Origin: Mobula hypostoma
Lineage: Eukaryota
Length of the DNA stretch: 64,000 bases
Direction of reading: 5' to 3'
Assembly: GCF_963921235.1 (NCBI RefSeq)
Contig: NC_086108.1
Span: forward strand, 44,826,001-44,890,000
How positions within the stretch are numbered: position 1 is the stretch's first letter; each line of letters starts with the position of its first letter. Made by a program: the position numbers and the translations under genes. Below are positions 1 to 21,545 of the stretch, in pieces. The notes beneath the pieces were generated by a model that ran no database searches, was not told where the DNA came from, and saw nothing but the letters and a program-made list of their open reading frames with translations.

Positions 1-257
1 TTCACTTTAATGTCTTAGACAAAATTATGTACAACTTATGTCCTCTGAATCTGCGTCTATGCTGCTGCAAGCTTTTCACTGTTCTTGTACCTCACCATAC
101 CTGACAACAAACTTGACTTGACCACCACCTTCCCAAGGGTAATTGGCGAGCATGGATGATGAGCAGCTTTGTGCATACCGAAGATACAGCTTTAAAATCG
201 TATGTAAGAGCAGCAAATCACAGAAAAGGATTTCTTTCTCTGGGAATCTATTCATAC

Positions 258-401
258 CTGTAGCATGCGCTTCTTCAATGTAGACAATAAGAAAATCAGC
301 CACAGATTTGAAGTCTTTGACAAGATTTTTGAACTCATCAAAGCGAAAAAGAAACGGAGGTCAGGTGCAACTTCCAAAATTCAACACCAGTAGTCGATTA
401 T
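258..401 (-). CDS. DIO1: Type I iodothyronine deiodinase, coding exon 2 (contains Sec codon TGA at 361-363)
   Basis: Pyrimidine tract plus AG at 403-402; translates (D)[47 protein letters not shown]; donor G|GTATGA at 257; 144 nt. Remaining exons and SECIS lie outside the window. Confidence 0.96.
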
Positions 402-784
402 CTGGGGGGAGGGTGGGAAAGTAAATCTATTTAAAAGAAAGCTCTGGACATACAATTTACAGTATAAATATTACCTGTCAAAGAAGATCACATTGGATGG
501 ATAATATGAAAATAGTGCATGATGAGACTGTAACCAAAGAATTCAGAAACTTTTTTTCATTTTTCAGAGATTTAGAACAATTGGGAAATACAACTGGAAA
601 AGAAAAAAAATATTCATCTTATACACAATGAATTACTTTGCTCTTTCACAGGTGGCACCAAAGTTATGAAAGAACACGACATAGAGAAAACAATCAAGGT
701 TGTGGAGAATGCAGCTGAAAGTGGGATTAATTGGGACAGTTTTTAAATTGATACATTTTAAAGCATCAGTTTAGAGACAAGAAG

Positions 785-1600
785 AAGTCTGCAGATGCTG
801 AAAATCCGAGCAACACACAAAATGCTGGAGGAACTCAGCAGGCCAGGCAGCAACCACAGGGGAAAAAAAGCACAGTCGACAGGACTGGGGGGAAAACGTT
901 GAGTAGATTTGAAAGATGGGGGAAGGGAGAGAGAAGTGCCAGGCGATAGGTGAAACCTGGAGGGGGAGGGATGAAGCACAGAGCTAGGAAGTTGATTGGT
1001 GAAAGAGACAGAAGACCCTGGAAGAGAAAGGGGGGAGGGGGGAGCACCAAAGTGAGGATATGGGTGAGCATGGAGATAACATGAGGGGGCAAAAAAGGCG
1101 ATGGCAAATTCTGGAGGGGGCAGGGAAGAAGTGGCATTACTGGAAGTTTAAGAAATCGATAGTCATGCCATCAGGTTGGAGGCTATTCTAATGGAATTCA
1201 AGGTTTTGTTCCTCCAACCCAAGGAAAGAAAGAGGGAGAAGGCAGTAGTTTTGGAGAATTATGCAACACTCACAACACGCTGGAGAAACTCAGCAGGTCA
1301 GGCAGCATCCGTGGAAATGATCAGTCAACGTTTCGGGCCGGTCCTGACAAAGGGTTCTGGCCCAAAATGTTGACGGATCGTTTCCACGGATGCTGCCCGA
1401 CCTGCTGAGTTCCTCCAGCGTGTTATGAGTGTTGCTTTGACCCCAGCATCTGCAGAGTATTTTGTGTTTTGGAGAGTTATGTGCTGGACACGAAGGCTGG
1501 TGGGGTAGTAGGTGAGGAAAAGAGGAGCCCCATCTCTGGTAGTGTGGCAGGAGGATGAGGAAAGAGTAGATGTGCGCGAAATGGAAGAGACAGGGTCAAT
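785..1600 (-). mobile_element. Penelope-like element fragment (pLTR, GIY-YIG C-terminus, RT remnant) interrupted by a fold-back insertion
   Basis: Reverse complement encodes SLQPDGMTIDF (PLE endonuclease end); terminal repeat ...GCTGAGTTCCTCCAGCATTTTGTGTGTTGC. Confidence 0.7.
1264..1465. mobile_element. Fold-back Penelope pLTR insertion
   Basis: Inverted arms of about 75 bp; TSD GTTTTGGAGA(A/G)TTATG at 1248-1263 and 1466-1481. Confidence 0.8.
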
Positions 1601-2563
1601 TTTAGTTTACGATTCCATAAGTACAAAGTCAGGCATGAGGAAAATTGCTAAAATAGTAATTCCTCTAAAGCAAGTCACTAAGAAATTTAAGTTATTCTGA
1701 CAACCATATGCAATTACCTTAGACATGGTTAACACACAAAAATGGAGATGTGTGCCCATAGAATATCTACTGGAGATTGTTGCTACACATTCCATGGGCC
1801 AATTCAACCTCCATGTAAAAAAAAACACGATTGGTCGAAGGAGGAATCTTAAGTACAACGTTCATCTTATTTAAACTTAAAGCCATTTTATATAACCTTA
1901 CACGACAAAGTAACAGAACATGTTCCATTTTTAAGTGAAGATACTACCCATTTTTTGTTCTCCTTCGACCCTGTAATTGTCCAAAATATACAATGTTTCC
2001 AATCCCTAATTCAATTGCTCAAACATTGATGGATCTATGTTCAGCTGCCAAAACTCTGGAACTACCACTTTGAAATTCTCCCTCACTTTCCTGCTCCAAG
2101 ACATTCTCTACAACTAAATGCTAATGTGGCTGCCCCAGATTTTGTTTGATCTTGCTCATTTTTAGCGCCTGAAAGGCACTCGAAATACAAGTTTTTGTTT
2201 TTTTTAATGTATAGCATGCTCCATTGCTCAAAGGTAGCGAAATGTAGCTTGGTTATATCTATTCTATCGTTATGGGAGGAATTGCTCAAATTACTTAAGG
2301 CAGCGGTTATGGACGTGATGAACATGACTTTTGTTGCATAAAAATACGCTGAATAAATACGGCGTTTATTTTGGTAAATCTCACACAAGACCAAACACGA
2401 ACATGGAATGCTGCGCCCTTTGGTAGAGCTATGTAGGACCATAAAAGCCTTAAAGTAATTTAACCTTCTTAAAACCAATGCCCCAAATTACGTTGTTTTT
2501 TGTTTGTCCCATTGATACGCTTTTGAACGTTTGTCTACATGTAAACGAGCTGTTATCAGAAAG

Positions 2564-2768
2564 CAACACACATCAAAGTTGCTGGTGAACGCAGCAGGCC
2601 AGGCAGCATCTATAGGAAGAGGCGCAGTCGACGTTTCAGGCCGAGACGAAGGGTCTCGGCCTGAAACGTCGACTGCGCCTCTATAGATGCTGCCTGGCCT
2701 GCTGCGTTCACCAGCAACTTTGATGTGTGTTGCTTGAATTTCCAGCATCTGCAGAATTCCTGTTTTTG
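2564..2768. mobile_element. Fold-back Penelope pLTR insertion (young)
   Basis: Near-perfect inverted arms of about 80 bp; exact 13-bp TSD TGTTATCAGAAAG at 2551-2563 and 2769-2781. Confidence 0.85.
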
Positions 2769-2992
2769 TGTTATCAGAAAGTTCAGCTTCATATATTTGA
2801 CATTTGGCCACCAACAAGATGCAGTTTAGTTTGCGCTTAGGTGTTTCGAATCTAAGCCTGCCTTCATGAAAGAATTATGTTACATTTAAAATATATATTA
2901 CAGAGATCAAATGCACTTATTGAACTAAAAATACGCGAACACATTACTGTTTTCACAAGCCCCGAACGTTATTACGTGTAACTCATACAGAC

Positions 2993-3323
2993 CCCTCGAG
3001 AAATCAAGCACTCGATGTTCTTTGTTGTCGAAGTCAATAACTCGTGTATTGGGCGCAAAGGCGCCCTCGAAAGCTTCATCTCCAATATTTGTCAATAGAA
3101 TTTTGGCTACTGCTTTCACGGTGCTGAAAGTGAAAAATGTTGGTCCCCAGTCTTCGTATTTGAATTTTGGATTTTGAGTCATGAATGTTTTCAATCCAGA
3201 TTTCAGCATGACTTTCTTCACAGTTTCAGGAAAGAGAAGCAGCATAAATTTACCAACTAATGCTTGCAAGCAAAAAAATATTAGCAAGCTCAAACTCTTT
3301 ACGTACACCACTAATTTCCCCAT
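2993..3323 (-). CDS. DIO1: Type I iodothyronine deiodinase, coding exon 1
   Basis: ATG at 3323; MGKLVVYVKSLSLLIFFCLQALVGK...MTQNPKFKYEDWGPTFF...DEAFEGAFAPN...HRVLDFSR matches the D1 N-terminus. 331 nt, phase-1 donor G|GTCTGT at 2992 (weak +3 position), in phase with exon 2. Confidence 0.93.
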
Positions 3324-3373
3324 CTCTGCAAAAAGCTAGCTGCTCCAATGGACACAAAAGCTAGCAGCGCCAG

Positions 3374-3408
3374 TATTTATACTTATGTAAAATATGACCC
3401 TTTGACCC
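3374..3408 (-). promoter_or_regulatory. DIO1 core promoter: TATA box plus nuclear-receptor direct repeat
   Basis: Minus strand TATAAATA at 3381-3374, about 50 nt upstream of the ATG; GGGTCA-AA-GGGTCA at 3408-3395. Confidence 0.6.
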
Positions 3409-3659
3409 TGGCAGGGCGTAAGCATTTAGAGATCTAAAACAATTTATTGAAGATCAACGAAAAAAAATAGTAGAATATAGGATAAAACGACTTCATTATA
3501 AGTAAGTTTTAAAAAGTAGAGCCTAAACAAAGCCAGCTATTTTGTCTTTTGCACTTTGCCGCGGTGCAGGAGCATTGTTCAGGTGTATAAGTGGGGAATT
3601 ATCTGTCGGCATATTAAAGTCTGTGGTGAGTGAGTTGAGTGACAATGCCTTTAAGAAGG

Positions 3660-3814
3660 AGTTGACGCTGACGCGTCACTGCGGCCTAAGCTCAGCTCAG
3701 ATTCGACCAGTACTGCGTGGTGGCCGGACCTACTCCGGCTCGGCCCCTGGATTCAGACAGTGAATACAAATACGGTCGCTGTCAGGAGGGGATTGTCTGT
3801 GAACTTCTGCCGCG
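3660..3814 (+). promoter_or_regulatory. YIPF1: YIPF1 promoter and probable non-coding exon 1
   Basis: Locally CpG-rich patch, palindrome TGACGCGTCA at 3669-3678, donor CG|GTGAGG at 3815. TSS not determinable. Confidence 0.5.
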
Positions 3815-4664
3815 GTGAGGGAGGCCCGCGCCCTGTCTCCATGGCAAAGGAAAGGGTGGGGGTTGTTAGGGTCTCCATCATAGTTCCCTTCCTTTGGAAC
3901 CAAATACTTTTACGTAAATGTTGGGAATCGGTGGGAACCTCTATTTTTCCTCATCCATCGGTCATTCAGCCCCACACCTGTTTTACTAGTGCTACTGACG
4001 TACTACTTTATCTGAATGGCCGCTCTTCATGCCTGATCTTGGACGATCAGGTTGACAGACTGTCTGTTCGTAAACTAGCCTGTCACAACAGTAGAGGCAT
4101 CACAGTCGAACTGGAACTTACCATCATAAAACGCCCCCCTCAATTGCCAACAAGGATTATGGATCGACGGATGCAGGCAACAAGCCTTTTACCTTCCTCA
4201 TAATTAAAGGTGCCATTTTAATGAGGGCCCCTTTTCTGTCCAGCGCCTGCAACCTTTTTTGATCTATTTGTCATATTCTTGATCATCATTACTGATACCG
4301 AAAATTGTCTGCTTTAAGTGGTGTGGATAACTCTGGGACGTTTAATTAATTTGCTTTGTTATCCATTGTTGCAGTAATGCAATGAATTCTTTATCGAGTA
4401 AAAAATGTTAGCTCATGTGCTATACAAGCACAGAATCTCAACATTTAATCATACGTGCCTCTTATTATCAATTTATGCTACGGCTAATTTTAATATTAAC
4501 TTTTGTGATATTTAATATCCCAAGTACTGTAAGTAACTACATTGTGTTAAGGTGAAGCTTTATCTGAGTAAGGCCTCATCTCTCACAAAGCTGAATATGT
4601 CATTTGTTAATGTTACAGAAACTAAAGGTCTGTTCATAAGTTGATAGTTCTGACAATCACGTAA

Positions 4665-16947
<12,283 letters not shown>

Positions 16948-17403
16948 CTTGTCAGGTGAGCATTTCCATGAGCTGGGTATGAAGGGCAAATAGGAGAAAC
17001 AAAGTTCTTAATCCCAGTTTAGACTTTGATTGTCTTAGTTTTAACTTAATGGGTTTTACATTAGATTCGAAAAACTAGTTAGCGTATTGTCATAAATGAG
17101 AGATTCGACAGATGCTGGAAATCCAAAGCAACACATACAGATTGCCATAGGAGCTCAGCAGATCAGGTAGCAGTATTGTCAGTTAATCATATGAAACAGC
17201 CTCTGACTCATGCAGAATAGGAAGTCTCAGGATTAGGTCCAATCTGTGAAAATTTATCTGAATCTCATGGTTACATTTCAAATGGTCTTGAATGAATACA
17301 ATCGTCTAATAGTTAAATTACTTGATTAGCACTCAGGGCTCTGAGCCATTGATCCAGAGACTGAATCCTCTCCACCATAGCAGATGGGGAACTTAAACTC
17401 AAA

Positions 17404-18093
17404 CGCAAGCACGAGGAAATCAGCAGATGCTGGAATTTCAAGCAACAAACATCAAAGTTGCTGGTGAACGCAGCAGGCCAGGCAGCATCTCTAGGAAGAG
17501 GTACAGACGACGTTTCGGGCCGAGACCCTTCGTCAGACTAACTGAAGGAAGAGCTAGTAAGAGATATGAAAGTGGAAGGGGGAGGGGGAGATCCAAAATG
17601 ATAGGAGAAGACAGGATGGGGAGGGATGGAGCCAAGAGCTGGACAGGTGATTGGCGAAAGGGATATGAGAGGATCATGGGACAGGAGGCCTAGGGAGAAA
17701 GAAAGGGGGAGCGGGGAAGCCCAGAGGATGGGCAAGGGGTATAGTGAGAGGGACAGAGGGAGAAAAAGGAGAGAGAGAAAAAGAATGTGTGTGTGTATAT
17801 AAATAAATAAGTAATGGATGGGGTGCGAGGGGGAGGTGGGGATTAGCAGAAGTTTGAGAAGTCAATGTTCATGCCATCAGGTTGGAGGCTACCCAGACGG
17901 AATATAAGGTGTTGTTCCTGCAACCTGAGTGTGGCTTCATCTTTACAGTAGAGGAGGCCATGGATTGACTTATTTCTTACTAGCTCTTCTTTCAGTTAGT
18001 CCTGACAAAGGGTCTCGGCCTGAAACGTCAACTGTACCTCTTCCTAGAGATGCTGCCTGGCCTGCTGCGTTCACCAGCAACTTTGATGTGTGT
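17404..18093 (-). mobile_element. Penelope-like element with inverted terminal pLTR
   Basis: pLTR plus GIY-YIG tail (QHLIFRLGSLQPDGMNIDFSNF) on minus, inverted pLTR 17970-18093; exact 14-bp TSD AACTTAAACTCAAA at 17390-17403 and 18094-18107. Confidence 0.88.
17503..17544 (-). ncRNA. Minimal type I hammerhead ribozyme motif in the PLE pLTR
   Basis: Minus strand CUGACGA-AGGGUCUCGGCCC-GAAA-C-GUC; core intact, stem I imperfect. Confidence 0.55.
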
Positions 18094-18981
18094 AACTTAA
18101 ACTCAAATACAGCTTCTGAGGCATTGGTGCCAAGGTGTGTGAATTCAAATCAACTTCTCTAAACATGGCCCTGAGCCATGCATTCACTTTTCAGATCTTG
18201 TTGATCCAATGCCATTTGCACATTGTGCAGGTAGTACTCCAGGGATTGTTATCCTCTGTGATTCTGTTTCTTGAACCTAGAACCTGGCTGTTCATGCTCC
18301 CTCAGTAGAACCTCCTTCCTAGTTCTACTTAAGATCTGCTAAGGCTATTGGGAAGAGTTTAAACTAGAATTGCTGGGGGGTGGGAACCGAACTGAAGAGA
18401 TGGAGAAAGGGGCAGCTGGCTCACAAATAGAGAAAGCTTGTAGGGACTGTGAGAAGGAGGATAGGCAGATGATAGAGAAGGGATGCGCTCAGACTGATGG
18501 TTTGAGATGTGTCTATTTTAATGCAAGTATCATGAACAAAGCTGATGAGCTCAGAGCGTGGATCAGTACGCGAAGCTATGATGTTGTGGCCATTACAGAG
18601 ACTTGGATGGCTCAGGGGTAGGAATGGCTACTTAGAGTGCCAGACTTTCGATGTTTCAGGAAGGACAGGGAGGGAGGCAAAAGAGGTGGGGCGTAGCACT
18701 GTTGATCAGAGATAGTGTCACAGCTGTAGAAAAGGAGGAAGTCATGGAGGGAATTGTCTACTGAGTCTCTGTGGGTGGAAATTAGAAACAGGAAGGGGTC
18801 AGTAACTCTACTGGGTGTTTTTTATAGACCACCCAATAGTAACAGGGACATCGAGGAGCAGATAGGGAGACAGATTCTGGAACGGTGTCGTAACAACAGG
18901 GTTGTCGTGATGGGAGATCTTAATTTCCTCAATATTGATTGGCATGTCTCTAGAACAAAGGGCTTTGATGGGGTGGAGTTT

Positions 18982-19643
18982 ATTGTTATTGTTATCATCA
19001 ATGAAGACCTCGACACTCAACCCGGCACGGACGGAAAGTGTGCCCGGGAGCGGCCTGACTGGATTCGAACTCAGGAACCTTCGCTCCGGAGTCTGGCGCT
19101 GATGTCACTGTGTCACCAGCTGAGATACGATGGTGCCGAGACTAGCGCTTGATTTGGATTTAAGTGAGGGAGAGTTGCGCAGCGTCAGCCTCACTCTCTC
19201 TTCCCAGTTCCCATCTGGATCCAGTGGCAAGACAAGAGTCGAGATGGCTGGAGATGGGATTAGGCGCAGTGGATGACCAGGACGTCTTCTGTGTCTTGTG
19301 CTCCACGCGTTCCACGACACTTGCAGAGACAGCTTTCTTGACCATTGGACCTTCCATTGGTCTCGTCCGCTCAGTCCGCCAGAGTCTGTCTTCACATGCT
19401 GGGATAGACAACTCCCTATCTCACCGAGGGTTTGAGACCCATTGGCTACCCCCACCTGGTTTAGCCGGCTTGTCGAAGCCATTGCCCAGGGTGTGGCCAC
19501 TGTCACATGCAAACAGCTTCGGGGAGCCACAGGTGAGAGCTGAGTTCCAGGTGGGGACCAAAGGTGGACAAACTGCCCTGAAAAGGATGTGGCATGATCA
19601 CCCACCAGAGGTGCTACCCCTCCCTGACACCCCATACACTCTT
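18982..19643 (-). mobile_element. ~660-bp non-autonomous retroelement with an internal tRNA-derived segment
   Basis: AGTTT TSD at 18977-18981 and 19644-19648; GC-rich non-coding body; Pol III A/B boxes (GAGTTCGAATCC) at ~19120-19060; (GAT/AAC)n tail. Confidence 0.65.
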
Positions 19644-21545
19644 AGTTTGTTAGGTGTGTTCAGGAAGGTCTCCTGACACAGTATGTAGATAAGCCTACAA
19701 GAGGAGAGGCTGTACTTGATCTGGTATTGGGAAATGAACCTGGTCAGGTGTCAGATCTCTCAGTGGGAGAGCATTTTGGAGCTAGTGATCACAATTCTAT
19801 CTCCTTTACCATAGCGTTGGAGAGGGATAGGAACAGATAAGTTAGGAAAGCGTTTAATTGGAGTAAGGGGAGATATAAAGCTATCAGGCAGGAACTTCGA
19901 AGCATAAATTGGGAACAGATGTACTCAGGGAAATGTACGGCAGAAATGTGGCAAATGTTGTTATTTGCATGGCGTTCTGTGCGGGTACGATCCAATGAGA
20001 CAGGGATGACAGGGTTCAGAAACTGTAGTGTACAAAGGCAGTTGAAAATCTAGTTAAGAAGAAAAGTTTACAAAAGATTCAAAAAAGTAGGTAATGATAG
20101 AGATCTAGAAAATTATAAGGCTAGCAGGAAGGTGTTTAAGAATGAAATTAGGAGAGCCAGAAGGGGCCATGAGAAGTCCTTGGTGAGCAGGGTGAAGGAA
20201 TACCCCAAGACATTCTATAAGTATGTGAAGAGCAAGAGGATAAGACATGAGAGAATAGGACCAATCAGTGTGACAGTGGAAAAGGAAGGAGGAGGTAGTG
20301 GAGGTACTTAATGAATACCTTGCTTCAGTATTCACTATGGAAAAGGACGTTGGCGATTGTAGGGATGACTTACAGCAGACTGAAAAGCTTGAGCATATAG
20401 ACATTAAGAAAGATGATGTGCTGGTGCTTTTGGAAAGCATCAAGTTAGATAAGTCACTGGGACCGGACGAAGTATACCCCAGGCTACTGTGGCAAGCGAA
20501 GGAGGAGATTGCTGAGTCTCTGGCAATGATCTTTGCATCATCAATAGGGATGGGAGAGGTTTTGGAGGATTGGAGGGTTGCAGATGTTTTTCCCTTATTC
20601 AAGAAAGGGAATAGAGATAGCTCAGGAAATTATAGACCAGTGAGTCTTCAGTGGTTGGTAAGTTGATGGAGAAGATCCTGACAGACAGGATTTATGAACA
20701 TTTGGAGAGGCATAATATGATTAGGAATAGTCAGCAGGGCTTTGTCAAAGGCAGGTCGTGCCTTACTAGCCTGATTGAATTTTTTGAGGATGTGACTATA
20801 AACACATAGATGAAGGTAGAGCAGTAGATGTAGTGTATATGGATTTCAGCAAGGCATTTGATAAAGAACCCCATGCAAGGCTTATTGAGAAAGTAAGGAT
20901 GCATGAGATGCTTTGTGGATCCAGAACTGGCTTGCCCATAGAAGGCAAAGAGTGGTCATATTCTGCATGGAAGTCAGTGACCAGTGGTGTGCCACAGGGA
21001 TCTGTTCCGAGACCCTTTTCTTTGTGATTTTTATAAATGACCTGGATGAGGAAGTGGAGGGATGGGTTAGTAAATTTGCTGATGACACAAAGGTTGGGGG
21101 TGTTGTGGATGGTATGGAGGGATGTCAGAGGTTACAATGGGACATTGATAGGATGCAAAGCAGGACTGAGAAGTGGCAGATGGAGTTCAAACCAGATAAG
21201 TGTGAGGTGGTTCATTTTGGTAGGTCAAATATGATGGCAGAATATGGTACTAATGGTAAGACTCTTGGCAGTGTGGAGGATCAGAGGGATCTTGGGGTCC
21301 TAGTCCGTAGGACACTCAAAGCTGCTGCGCAGGTTGACTGTGTGGTTAAGGAGTCATACGGTGTATCGAGTTCAAAAACTGAGAGGTAATGTTGCAGCTG
21401 TATAGGACCCTGGTCAGACCCCACTTGGAATACCGTGCTCAGTTCTAGTCACCTCACCATAAGAAAACGTGGAACCTATAGAAAGGGTGCAGAGGAGATT
21501 TACAAGGATGTTGCCTGGATTGGGGAGCATGCCTTATGAGAATAA

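Noticed and set aside
76-303. 75-aa [19 protein letters not shown]...
   Set aside because: It is the end of DIO1 exon 2 reading into the intron, not a separate gene.
361-363. In-frame TGA as a sign of a DIO1 pseudogene
   Set aside because: It falls exactly at the deiodinase selenocysteine position.
2564-2768. pre-miRNA, terminator or CRISPR-like repeat
   Set aside because: Hairpin arms are dispersed PLE pLTR sequence with TSDs; no spacer array; eukaryotic DNA.
3542-4203. ORFs of 73 and 147 aa in the promoter region
   Set aside because: No recognisable protein features; they span the probable non-coding exon and intron of YIPF1.
19105-19676. Overlapping 170-176 aa ORFs on both strands
   Set aside because: They lie within a GC-rich TSD-bounded repeat and carry no protein motifs.
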